Shown in pieces: positions 26,078 through 38,056 of a stretch of DNA of 64,000 nt (within the stretch, counting starts at the first letter, position 1; every line of letters begins with the position of its first letter). The notes beneath the pieces were generated by a model. That model was not told the DNA's origin and ran no database searches. It saw only the letters and a list, made by a program, of their open reading frames with translations. The position numbers were made by a program, and so were the translations under genes. This DNA is from Octopus bimaculoides. Its lineage: Eukaryota. Location of the stretch: assembly GCF_001194135.2 (NCBI RefSeq), contig NC_068985.1, positions 25,357,254 through 25,421,253 on the forward strand. Direction: 5' to 3'.

Positions 26078-26177
26078 TTGTGTTTCGAAATCTTTTAAGA
26101 AGTTTGGTGGTTCCACAAAATCTGTTGGTTCATTTGCCAGATGATGTATTCGATATTGGTTCAAATATTTAGTATAC
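26078..26177 (-). CDS. PCDH15: PCDH15-like cytoplasmic exon (R)YTKYLNQYRIHHLANEPTDFVEPPNFLKDFETQ
   Basis: TTTGCAG acceptor, GTAAAT donor, phase 2 to 0. (Y/F)ETQ motif as in the Cad99C-type tail. Confidence 0.9.
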
Positions 26178-26607
26178 CTGCAAATAATTAAAGATTACTA
26201 GAGTTTTTCCATCTAAATGTTATGAGTGATGTTTCTGTATTAGTCAAGATAATCGTTTTTTTTTTTAAAGAACAAACATATCAATTTCTTAATTTAATTT
26301 TTTTATTTAACATTATGAATGCACCAACAGAATCACCTTTCACACACATATAGTTATACACTATCGATAAATTAAGTACCAGTTGTGTACTGGGGTCGAT
26401 CTAATCAACTGGACCCCTCCCATCAAATTTTTGGCGTTGTGTGCCTAGAGTAGAAAAAAAAATTTCTGTCAAGGTTGACTTTGCCTTTCCTTCCCTTCAG
26501 GGTCAATAAAATAAGTTCTAGTCAAGAACTGGAGTTGATGTAACTGACTTATCCTCTCCCACAAAATTGTTGGCCTTGTGCGATATAGTAGAAAGAATTA
26601 TTATTTG

Positions 26608-27285
26608 TTTTGCTGGGTGTGACTGAATGTATCAGCTGCCTACAGCAACAGACTAAGATGACACTCGTTTACTGATCATGCTCCAAGAGCCCTGTAGAGA
26701 ACTCTTGCAGTTCCAAGCAATGCTGAGTTTTGTAGGTGTTCCATCTTTACATTTGTACCAATCTTTTTGAGCCATGTTGGTAGTTGAGTACTATTACGTC
26801 CAAGCGTGCCACTTACTACTGGTTTCATGTCCATTCACTTCATTGTCTACAAACTGCATAGTTACTTTTTACTCTTCTTTCTCTTTGATTCTGTCACCAG
26901 GACATACTATTGTCGATTACCAAGCATGTTTTTTTAAATCTTTTTTGTCTACCATAACAATATCAGGTTTCTTTTGCCTGACCTGATGGTCACACTGAAT
27001 CATTGCATCCCACAAGATTTTGTAATCCTCATTCACAGTAACTTCTGGGATTTGGTCATACCACATCTTTGCTCTTTGTTGACCATAATTTCCACATAGC
27101 TCCCAATGGATCTTTCTTGCAAAATTGTTATGTTTTCTGGTGTATTCATCCTGTGTCAATTTTGGGCATTCACTATGCATCTGTTGCTCTCAGTTGTGTT
27201 GTCAATTCTGCACTTTACATAGTTCATCTTCAATGCTTGTTCTTGTGCTGCACATATAAGTGCTTCTGTCTCTATCAACTGTTAT
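26608..27285 (-). mobile_element. R4/Dong-like RLE LINE fragment
   Basis: ORF 26917..27180: EYTRKHNNFARKIHWELC..KILWDAMIQCDHQVRQKKPDIV. Bounded by TTA/TTG repeats. Confidence 0.8.
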
Positions 27286-27307
27286 TGTTGTTGCCATTAT
27301 TATTATT

Positions 27308-27515
27308 AAGGTAGCGAGCTGGCAGAATTGTTAGCACACCAGGTGAAATGCTTTGTGGTATTTCGCCTGCCGCTATGTTCTGAGTTCAAATTCCACTGAG
27401 GTCAACTTTGCCTTTCATCCTTTCAGGGTTGAGGAATTAAGTATCAGTGAAACACTGGGGTTAATGTTATTGACTAGTCCTCTCCTCCAAAATTTCAGGC
27501 CTTGTACCTTTAGTA
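27308..27515 (+). mobile_element. SINE family C (central CTTTGCCTTTCATCCTTTC..GG..GATAAA..AAGTACCAG, reminiscent of Meta/MESC-type SINE cores)
   Basis: Further copies near 26460, 29085, 39714, 54100 and 60526, mostly set in (TTA)n. The family name is from memory. Confidence 0.7.
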
Positions 27516-27554
27516 GAAAAGATTATTATTATTATTATTATTATATGAAAACTC

Positions 27555-28386
27555 ATAGCTTATTTTGCTGAGTATGATGGAAAGTGTCAGCTGTCCACAG
27601 CCAGCAGACTAAGGTAACACTTGTTTACTGATCATACTTCAAAAACCCTGGAAAGAATTCTTGCAGTTCCAAGCAATGCTGATTCTTGTAGGTGTTCTAC
27701 TTTCACACTTGCACCAATCTTTTTTGGCCATGTTAGTAGTTGAGTGCTGATACTTCCAAGTGCACCAATTACTATTGGTATCACATCTACTTCCCTCATT
27801 GACCACAACCTTCATATTTCTCACTTCAAATCATCATAGTTGTTTATCTTTTCTTCTTTCACATTGATCCTGTTGTCACTGGGACATGCTATGTTGATTA
27901 TCATACATATTCTTTCTTTTTATTCACCACAACAATGTCCAGTTTCCGATGTCTGGTTAGGTGATCACACTGGATCATTGCATCCCACAGGATTTTGCAA
28001 TTCTCATTTTTGGTGACTCCTTCTGGAGTTTTCTTATACCATGGCTCTTTGTAGGCCATGATTTCCACAGAGCTCCCAATGGATCATTCTTGCCACATTG
28101 TCATGGCACCTTTTGTATTCACATTGTGCCAATTTCGGGCATCTGCTTACAATGTGCTGTTTTCCTCTGCTCTGATACAGTCCTGGCAACTAATCAAACC
28201 TCTCCCACCCTTTCCTCTGAACAAGTACAGCCTATCAGTGTCACTCTTAGAGTGGAAGGCTCTGTGCTGTGTACTGTTAACATTTTTCTGGTCTTGGTAT
28301 CCATTTTCTTCACTTCTCTCTTTTGCCATTTTATAGTTCCTGCTCCATACCAAAGTGATGCTATCGCCCACATATTAACTGCTTAG
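27555..28386 (-). mobile_element. R4/Dong-like RLE LINE fragment (internally deleted)
   Basis: HSKSDTDRLYLFRGKGGRGLISCQDC and KILWDAMIQCDH..KLDIV motifs. (TAA)n on both sides. Confidence 0.8.
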
Positions 28387-28491
28387 ATTATTATTATTAT
28401 TATTATATTTTGAAAGGATTGATGTAACTTTTCACAAAGGTAAACAGACAAGATGAAGAGTATAATGTGATTACATTAGATATTTTATTGG

Positions 28492-28534
28492 TTGAACAAT
28501 ATTTCGACAGCAATCCTGTCTTTGTCAAGTTCAA
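28492..28534 (-). ncRNA. Minimal type I hammerhead ribozyme motif (U3-A8 variant)
   Basis: TTGAAC-TTGACAA-A-GACAG(GATTG)CTGTC-GAAATATT-GTTCAA: stem I, core, stem II and palindromic stem III are all present. Confidence 0.5.
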
Positions 28535-28972
28535 AATAAAAAGTTATAAAAACTCAAAATTATAGAAATTCAAATCTAAAGTATGAATGAAAGCAGCCAG
28601 TATCCACATGTTGATGGAATGACATCATTAGTTTTTAAGCTTCAAAGAAGAATATTGAATCAAACAGTTTTGTGTAAATTTGATGATATTCTCCTGTCGT
28701 TTTATTAATTCTTTCAGGGTGTGATGTTAGTTACCCACAAGCATATTTCTCCTCATGCATTTTGAGTATTGAAAGGGCAGCAGATTCAGAATATTTTCTG
28801 AGAATATGCACTTTCAAGTCTTTATCAAAATTGCAGCCATTTGAAGCATGTCAGGCACAATAACAGAACTTGCCAAACATTTTGTCATTCCATCAACGTG
28901 TAGACGCTGGTTGCTCTCATTCATACTTCAGATTTGAATTTCTATAATTTTGAATTTTTATCACTTTTTATT

Positions 28973-29015
28973 TTGAACTTGACAAAGACAGGTTTGCTGT
29001 CGAAATATTGTTCAA
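28973..29015 (+). ncRNA. Minimal type I hammerhead ribozyme motif (U3-A8 variant), inverted partner
   Basis: TTGAAC-TTGACAA-A-GACAG(GTTTG)CTGTC-GAAATATT-GTTCAA. Differs from the partner only in the stem II loop. Confidence 0.5.
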
Positions 29016-29306
29016 CCAATAAAATATTTAATGCAATCACATCACACTCTTCATCTTGTCTATTATTATCATTATTATTATTGAAATGGCAAGCCAGCAG
29101 AATCATTAGCACATCAGACAAAAATTCGTAGTGGCATTTCTTCTGGCTTTTTATGTTCTGAGTTCAAATTCCACCAAGGTTGACTCTCCCTTTCATGCTT
29201 TCAGGAGTGATAAAATAAGTACCATATAAGCATTAGAATCAATGTAATCATCTTATTCCCTCCCTTAAAATTGCTGGACTTGTCCCTATAGTAGAAAGGG
29301 TTATTG

Positions 29307-29353
<47 letters not shown>

Positions 29354-31087
29354 AGGGTGGTGGAGAGGTATAATTGTTAGACAAAATGATATGCTGTATT
29401 AGTTCTGGCCCTTTACATTCTGAGTTAAATGTTTGCTAACTTTAGACAAGATGGTGTCTTGTAAAAAATACCTGAATAACTACCATGGGGAAAGTACTTT
29501 GTTATTCATTCCTGCAAATTCCATCCCAATCAGTACTCCACAATGGAGTACTGTACCCATATCTGAGACAATGTTACTGCTATGTACACAGACATCCTGG
29601 ATCACATCAAGAGAAAGGTCACTCAACTGAACCTGATTGGCAGTCAACCACTAATGGATAGATTCCAGCCCCTGGCCCACAAGCCTGCTGTCTCCTTTCT
29701 TTCTGTCTTTTCTATTGCTACTATAATGACCTCTGCTTCTTTAAGCTATCTGATCTGATACCTCCACCACTCAGACATCCCTGAGTCACTCGTCTCTCCA
29801 GAATTTGTTACCCTTGTTGGGTGGACCTCCCCCCACCACTAGATCTACAGTAACTACACTGTCCAGTTCTTCCTCCCCAGAATATCGTCCCTCTGGAATA
29901 TCTCCACAGTTTATGTCTTTCCAACAGATGTCAACCACACTGGTGTTAGAAGCCTGCAAAGGCCATGGGTACTGCCCCTATACTCGGACTCAACTAGTGA
30001 AAAATAAAAGAATAAAGAAAATGAAGGGACATAGTGCTTATCAAAGAAATCCTCAGGGATCATTTGCAACTTGATGACACAGAAATGGAAAAGATCATCA
30101 TTACCATTTAATATCTGTTTTTTATGCCAGCACAGGTTTGATAGTTCAACAGGAACTGGCATGTCAGAAAACTGCACTAATCCTTGCTGTCTATTTTAGC
30201 ATTGGTTCTATTGCTGGATGCCTTTCCTAATGCCAACCACTTAAGAGAGTGTACAGAATGTACAGAGTGCTTTTTTATGTGGAATCAGCAGAAGTGAAAT
30301 CACCAAGTAACTAGCAAGATAAAATCCTGCAACTAAGATGGAGGGAGGTAGAATGGAAGGACAGAAAAAAGAAGTCTTGCATTAGAGGTGAGACATTCCT
30401 GCTCCAGGTAGAATGAGATTAGAGAGAGGGGGGGAAGAGTGAAAGAAAGAAGATGGTGGTGATGGTGAGTTGGCTGGAGATGGAAAGGGTGAGTGCATGA
30501 GTTCACAAGATTTTGAAAGGAAAGTGGTAGATGGAAGTAGGTGTAATGAGTGGGCACATGTAGAGGGAGGGGGCGTTGGGAAGATATGTTGTGGGGAGGA
30601 GAGTCAATGGGGATATATTGTATGCGGGTAGGTATGTGAGAGAGATTAGGGGGAATGCAGTGATTGATGAGCATGACGGTGGGGAAAGGGGTGTTGAGAA
30701 GATGAGTCATGGGGAAAGTTTGTCAGAGGGTGGGGTACATATTTATTTATGTGTTTCAGTCAAGTGACTGCGGTCATGCTGGTGCGCATGAACATTTTTT
30801 AATTTTTTATCAAGCTTAGAGAGATTGAAAGAAAAGAGAGAAGAATAAAAGAAAAAAGTTGGATTTGAGTTCAGAATGTAGAGAAACATCCAGAAAGCAC
30901 GAGATATACTGTACATCACTCTGTCATTGTACACACTCTATCTGACCTCTGAGAAAAATTAATAAAAGAAAAAATGAACTAGCTGAAGGATAAATTTCTG
31001 ATATACCTGCCTAATATCTCAAGTAGTGTAATAGTGTCTTATATTTAATAAACATAGAAATAGATTAAGAAAAACGTGAAGGCTTAC

Positions 31088-31303
31088 CTTGACCATGTAA
31101 ATAACACAACAATGATTCCTATGAGGCAGAGCAAAATAATGATTGCAGCCAAGGCAACAAGTGCAGCCCAAGGATCATCCATCCACCAAACAAAACTTTT
31201 GGTCTTCATTGCAGCCCTTTGAGGTTGGTAGGTAGTTATCACAGATCCAATGTCGCCGATAGTATCTCCTAATTTGTTAAACTCCTCCCTAATCTTATCA
31301 TTG
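31088..31303 (-). CDS. PCDH15: PCDH15-like TM exon NDKIREEF...WWMDDPWAALVALAAIIILLCLIGIIVVLFTWS(R)
   Basis: TTTCATTTGCAG acceptor, GTAAGC donor. Hydrophobic helix similar to PCDH15 ALLALAFIIILCC and Cad99C ...ISWSKY (from memory). Confidence 0.94.
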
Positions 31304-33461
31304 CTGCAAATGAAAGGAAATTATTCTTTGAGCAAGTTTTTTTTTAGGTATATATAATGGGAGGAGTGAGTGAGAAGGTGAGAAAGAGGGAGAGAGAGAA
31401 GTGGGAACAAACATTGAATGCAATATAGTCTTATGATAAAGGGTTTAAGAGTAACAGTTTGGTATTTTTAATCATTTTGTTGTTTCTGTTGTGTGACTTA
31501 GAGGTTGAGGATGCAAGGCAGCTGAACTAACTTTAATGCAGGGGTTGACAAACTGGGGTAAATTATCCCAAGTGGGGTAAAAATGAAATTCTTGTGGATA
31601 ATGAAAACTCATTAGACATGAATAAAATTATATAAAAAACATGTTCCTTGTTATGACAGAAATTTGTCTTCTGGCAACACTTCATCTGTTCAATGTAATG
31701 GACGCGTTTAGGAGATGTCACACCAAATAAATTCAATAGACCTTCATAGGGGTAATGTAGGTGTAAAGTCCCTCATCACATTTTGCAAAAGTCTGGTGTT
31801 ATTTATCTATTTTCGTAGATATTTATGTTACTTTATGATGGAATATACAATCTAGAAAGTGTACCTTCACTTCAACCTCAAATGTTAGCAAGGTAATAAT
31901 TTGGAAAGAAAGTACTTTAACTGTTTTTGAACCTACTTTATACCACAAAAACTTTTTTATTTTAAAGAGGAACTAATTAAGTTAAAACAATCCATTATAA
32001 TTTTTTGAAAGAATCTTTTAAGTAATATTATTAAATTTCCCCCTTATTTTTTTATTTAAAAAAATTAATTAGGCTGCATATTTCATTAAAAATATGGTCA
32101 CAAAAGCATTAAATAGTACCTAATGTATCAAAATTGGATAATTATGATATCAATTGCGCAAGAGTACAATATATTTGAATAATTAACTGACGAAGGACAC
32201 AGATGGAAAAATTTTTAAATGAAATTTTTTGCATGAGAAGTATTTAAAAAACATTTTCCAAAGGAAAATGAAAAAATATTTATAATAAAAGATGACCTAC
32301 CATCTAGTGTTATCCTTGAGTGATATGAATGCTAAAGACCCACCAGTAATGATTATTTGATATATTGAAAATTATTTTTCTATCTTGGAGAAAAATTTGT
32401 CAAGTTTTGTAAACAAATTTTTTAGAAGTAAATAAGCAGCTCATCAATAGCACAATAATGTTGTTAGATGTTTTTTTTTCTTTTTAACTCTGCTTTTCAA
32501 GCACAAGTTTTACTTAAAAGTGTTCTTATCAATGGCTATCAGCTAAAAGAAAGCCACCTGTCTTCAAACAAGCATCTGAAACCAGTATAGCAACAATTTC
32601 CCTTGTAGGTAAAGTTACTGCTATCAAAGGTGACTAATTCTACCTTAGAATGAGTAATGCATTCACTGTCAACTATTTCTGTAGAAGAGAACAAGATTTG
32701 TTGCAGAAAGAGATTGATTATAAGAAGTGAGAGGTAGGTAATAAGTAAACAAGAATAAGAGAGCAAGTGGTTAAGTTTGCTTCAAATATGGAATGTTTTA
32801 AATTGTGCATGACATAAAGATTATCATACTTGTGTCAATAAGGAAAATCTGTGAGGCGATATTCAACAAAAAAGAAATGAGAAGTTTTCCTTCCACCTAT
32901 CCCACTTAATAAAAAAAACAAAAAAAAACAACACAACTACTACAAGTTATGAAAAAGAAAATTAAAGTCCATGATGCTATTTACTTGGTTAGCTCTCAAT
33001 ATATTCTATTCTTGTCAGACAGGTTCTTGAAGGTATATATGGTAAGAAAAAAATCAGTAAAATTATATTTACTTAAGCCATTGTATCTATTTACTTAACA
33101 TGACTGAAGATTTTGTGGCAGTTTAGAAATCTGTACAAAATACCAACTTGATTTTAAACTATTATTTAGAATTATTCAATATTTTAATCTATATTTGAAA
33201 CATTCACAACAGCTTCACAAATGTAGGGTGTAATCAGTGTAATGTTTTTACACAAATATGATTCTTAATCTTTATAAAAAGTTCTTATATCTTGCTGTAT
33301 ACTTACTTCAAGAAAGCTAATCATTTTCCCTGAATGCCTCAGAAAGAAAGCAACTATTAACTTAAAATCTAAATATGGAAATGACTTCACATGACAAACT
33401 AATTGCAAGTAAGCTTGTGTTTTGTCTGACTATTTTTACAAGTGGAAAAGATGAAATTTAC

Positions 33462-33524
33462 CTGGGTATATTAATGAGTCGGTGAGGTACTGTTTGCTGT
33501 GCTATGACAAAAGTTATATCAGAA
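33462..33524 (-). CDS. PCDH15: PCDH15-like exon SDITFVIAQQTVPHRLINIP(S)
   Basis: TTCTTCTTCATTTCAG acceptor, GTAAAT donor, 63 nt in phase 2 to 2. Only one frame is open. Confidence 0.85.
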
Positions 33525-35099
33525 CTGAAATGAAGAAGAACAATATTAAAATTATGTTAACAGCACTGTAAATGTTTGCATTTACTGTAATTTCACACAA
33601 AATATGATAAATTCAATATATATAAAACAATATTAAATTAACATAATTACATACTACTATGTAACAAGCAATGGTTTAGGAAGCTAAATTTCTCACTTGT
33701 TGTTTTTGCTAAATAAACCTAGAGAAGAAATCTTCTAACTGGTGATACTTTAGCACTGATTTGTTTTCATATCTTAAACAATTCTTGATACTCTTTTAAT
33801 ACCAACCCACATAAGACTACTCCTGATTCTATGATTTTGCTTTAAAATTAAAACATTTTGTCTTAAAATTATCTAAATTAAAACCTATTAAAATTTCATG
33901 TTACGTTTCAAGCACCAGATCAATAATGAAAGTTAGTTTACTAAATTTTTCATTATTTTCAAAATTAATTGAAACAATGGCAGTGTATGTCAACACAAAT
34001 ATGGTAACAAAAGGCTTGTGGTTCTTAAAGAATATTTGCTTGTATTAAATAAGAAAGTACTTCAACAAACCACGGAAAAGAGAAAATTATAAATAGTACA
34101 TCTCAGAAGAGTAGACAATGAACCATGAAAAGGTCCATCAGAATACTCCATCACGTCCTTTTTTTCACGTCAAAAAGGATGGAAGGAATATGATAACAAT
34201 TTTAGTTCAGTCATAACTTGGCTTGGTAATATTCAAATTTATTTCATTTCTTTTGATTTATACTGTGTTGTGCATAAAATGTGTTATACGTAGTAACTGT
34301 TCAACAACATGAATTAGCTGTTATACTAAATTTATTATGCTGTATAAATAATATATATATGATTAGATGGATATAATTTCTTAAGTTCATATGCTGTTGG
34401 GAGAGGAATTACTCAGGAGAAGGAGCATTGAGAATTTGGATTCAATGTTCTTTGTCCAAAATGTAAACTTCTATCACAACAGTTTAAAGTTAAGAAGCTA
34501 TAAATTTTACCAATATTTTGCCAACATAGACCACCATTGGTCTGTCTGGATTCTGCTGTTTATTACACAGGCACTGCTGTGTGGTTAGGAAACTTGCTTC
34601 CCAGAGTTCAGTCCCACCGCATGTCACTCATTCTGGGCAAATTTCTTCTACTATTACCTTGGATCACAAGCTCATACCTTGTAAATAAATTTGGTCCAAT
34701 GGAGACTATGTAAAAGCCCTTTGGTTACATTGTATCAGTAATTCAAAGATCCATCTTTGTCATATCATGTCATGCCAATTCTACTTGAGAATTATATTAA
34801 GTGTACATGCATCAGTGGAGTACTCAGCCACTTACATGTAAAGTCAATGGACCTCGTAGATCAGCTGATTGACAATCTGAATTCATGGCTGGAAATTCTG
34901 ACCAAGAACCATCATTCAAAGAATTCCTTTTCTTGTATGATACATACAATTGAATGTTTTATCAGTACGCTAATTGTAACATGCAATATAATACAGCTGG
35001 GTGTTCTTGGGGATTTAGCTTTGATTGACAAATGGAACTGCTTTTGGTATTTCATTAATTCTATTTATGGTAGAATAAGTAACAATATTTTCTACTTAC

Positions 35100-35105
35100 T
35101 CTTTA
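35100..35105 (-). CDS. PCDH15: Candidate 6-nt in-frame microexon TAAAGA (inserts KD)
   Basis: Minus strand reads CTCTATACCTGCAG|TAAAGA|GTAAGT, phase 2 to 2, after a 94-nt intron. No transcript evidence. Confidence 0.45.
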
Positions 35106-35199
35106 CTGCAGGTATAGAGGTCTACAGACAGAATTATTACAACTGTTATAATCCTTATTGCATTTTAAACCCATAATAGGGAGAAAGAATCATACTTAC

Positions 35200-35277
35200 A
35201 TAGCATTACCATTTTCATCATAAGCTATCTGGACATCTTCAAACAGAACAATATTGCTGATCTTCTCTGATAAAATC
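35200..35277 (-). CDS. PCDH15: PCDH15-like exon (Q)ILSEKISNIVLFEDVQIAYDENGNA(I)
   Basis: TTTCTCTTCCTTTAG acceptor, GTAAGT donor, phase 2 to 2. Resembles the MAD12/SEA-like segment of PCDH15/CDH23-type cadherins. Confidence 0.88.
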
Positions 35278-36092
35278 CTAAAGGAAGAGAAATAATTGTT
35301 TATAAAGAAATATTAATTTAATTTAATTTTTAAATCACCAGAAAAAAGTAAAAATTTATAAGAAAAATAAAGTCCTACCAAAATGGACATTTGAAAACAG
35401 AACTCAATATCTATTAATGGCTTCACAGTCACTTTTTAATGCTACTTTTGTTTAGAGGCAAAGAAAATTGAAATACTTGTATAAAAATTGTCAGAGCAAG
35501 TGTTTTATAAAGTTAGATACTCTTTCATTTAATCAACCAAGGGTTGACAAACAGATGAAAACAGAATTATTTAGATCTAGGTCAGACCTGGCTCAAAGGC
35601 ATTCCAGTCATGATTATCTTGCTTTTATTTATCTATTAATTTTCTTTTTTTTTTCCTGAAACACCATATAGAGAATCCACATGAGTTGAGTCTGCAGCTA
35701 CTGAACTAACAGCCACTCAGCTTATTAATGAGAAGGCCATCATTAAAATAATTGCCAATAATATATTAAAATTATAACTCAGAGACAGTTATGTCCTTAT
35801 GCTGACAGATTATCGATGGATATTTTTTTAATGGCTTGGTATGGAGGAATCACTACTTCTATAAACTTTGCAAACGCTCTAAGGACAATAAAAACAATAT
35901 GCTTAATTTTCTTCCTGAAGTGTTGCAAACTGTAGAAAAAACATGGATAAGGAGGAAATTCCAGAGGGATATTCCGACTGAAGTAGTTCAAGAAAAAAGT
36001 AAAAAAGTTGTGTAACACCTGTTTGGGTAGGGGACATAATATGGGTAACTAGAAGAGAGTTGAACAAACAAGAGGTAGGATTTGATACACCA

Positions 36093-36156
<64 letters not shown>

Positions 36157-36157
36157 G

Positions 36158-36467
36158 AAACCCCTTTCAGTCATGAATGACTATGGGATTGCACCTAGAA
36201 AGTTCCCCTCCAAGGCACAAGTCTGGGCAAGGTTGTTTATGGAAGACCAGCAGTCACCCATGCATATCACACCACTGATATTACCCAAGGGAAAGGCAAA
36301 GGCTGATACAGCTTGACACCAGTAATGTTGCAACTCATTTCTACAGCTGAGTTAACTGGAACAACGTGAAATAAAGTGTTTTGCTCAAGAAGACAACACG
36401 CAGCCGGGTCCGGGAATCAAAGTCACAACCTCACAATCATAAACTTGACGCTCTAACCACTGAGCCA
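36158..36467 (-). mobile_element. tRNA-derived SINE family D
   Basis: Head GGCTCAGTGGTTAGAGCG..GACTTTGATTCC on minus. Copies at 20961-21245 (-) and 58222-58545 (+). Confidence 0.8.
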
Positions 36468-37008
36468 TATATATANNNNNNNNNNNNNNNNNNNNNNNNN
36501 NNNNNNNNNNNNNNNNNNNNNNNNNNNNNNNNNNNNNNNNNNNNNNNNNNNNNNNNNNNNNNNNNNNNNNNNNNNNNNNNNNNNNNNNNNNNNNNNNNNN
36601 NNNNNNNNNNNNNNNNNNNNNNNNNNNNNNNNNNNNNNNNNNNNNNNNNNNNNNNNNNTATATATATATATATATATATATATATGGTGATAATAGATTC
36701 TCTTGTCATGAACAACAAATGAGGGTTCAGTAAAATAAAGCTGTTGTCATGTTCTATGGATATGCATGTGTCTCTTGAGTACTTGTGGATCATTTACTGC
36801 ATGTTTCCTTGAGTGGACAGCAAGGCCTGCTTTGCTCTGAGCCACAAAATCATAATGACAAGTTAAGTTTGCATTTATAGGAGTGGGATTTTGTTAGCGT
36901 GCCTTCATACTTGCACAAAACTGGTCCTGATGATGGAGTTGACTTTGCTCAAATATTTGAACTGAGGAGAAGCAGAACTGGCAATAGGTCCTGCATTCAC
37001 CAGGAATT

Positions 37009-37355
37009 GAACTCACGTCCTTATGATTGTGAGCCAAATACCTTAACCACTAAGCCACACACCTTCACATAATCTGTAAATGGAACAGTAAAAATACACA
37101 AGACTTATCTCAAGTTAAAAAAATGTGACTTTGTTTTTGTTATCTAGATTCTGGTGGTGTAGCTTTGTATCTTTGTTAGAAACCAACTCCTTCCTAACAA
37201 GAAGAAAGGGAATATTGTATTGCTTCAGATTGATTGTCTTTTAGTTTATCTTTGAAGCACAAGAGTAGCCTTTCAAATGTCCTTCCTGTTCGAAATTGGC
37301 CAAAGAGAAATTGCTCCAGAGTTCTGATATATGTCTATGTATAAATATATATCTT

Positions 37356-37440
<85 letters not shown>

Positions 37441-38023
37441 ANNNNNNNNNNNNNNNNNNNNNNNNNNNNNNNNNNNNNNNNNNNNNNNNNNNNNNNNNNN
37501 NNNNNNNNNNNNNNNNNNNNNNNNNNNNNNNNNNNNNNNNNNNNNNNNNNNNNNNNNNNNNNNNNNNNNNNNNNNNNNNNNNNNNNNNNNNNNNNNNNNN
37601 NNNNNNNNNNNNNNNNNNNNNNNNNNNNNNNNNNNNNNNNNNNNNNNNNNNTATATAGTGGAGGTGCAATGGCCCAGTGGTTAGGGCAGCAAACTCGTGG
37701 TTGTAGGATTGCGGTTTTGATTCCCAGACTGCGCGTTGTGAGTGTTTATTGAACAAAAACACCCAAAGCTCCATGAGGCTTTGGCAGAGGGTGGTGGCGA
37801 ACCCTGCTGTACTCTTTCACCACAACTTTCTCTCACTCTATCTTCCTGTTTCTGTTGTACCTGTATTTCAAAGGGCCACCCTGTCACACTGTATGTCACA
37901 CTGAATCTCCCCCGAGAACTACATTAAGGGTACATGTGCCTCTGGAGTGCTCAGCCACTTGCATGTTAATTTCACGAGCAGGCTGTTCCTTGGATCAGCT
38001 CGTATATGTATATATAATGTGTG

Positions 38024-38056
<33 letters not shown>

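Larger units (their letters stand above)
28446..29061. mobile_element. Inverted-repeat element (about 180-bp arms, about 260-bp spacer), Penelope pLTR-like, with a hammerhead motif in each arm
   Basis: 28446-28625 is the reverse complement of about 28884-29061 at roughly 90 percent identity (by eye). Confidence 0.7.

Noticed and set aside
31539-31790. Possible second hAT MITE starting CAGGGGTTGACAAAC
   Set aside because: No convincing matching right TIR or TSD.
32670-33030. Small exon-like segments between the 33462 and 31303 exons
   Set aside because: They have stops or the wrong phase; the flanking exons join in frame directly.
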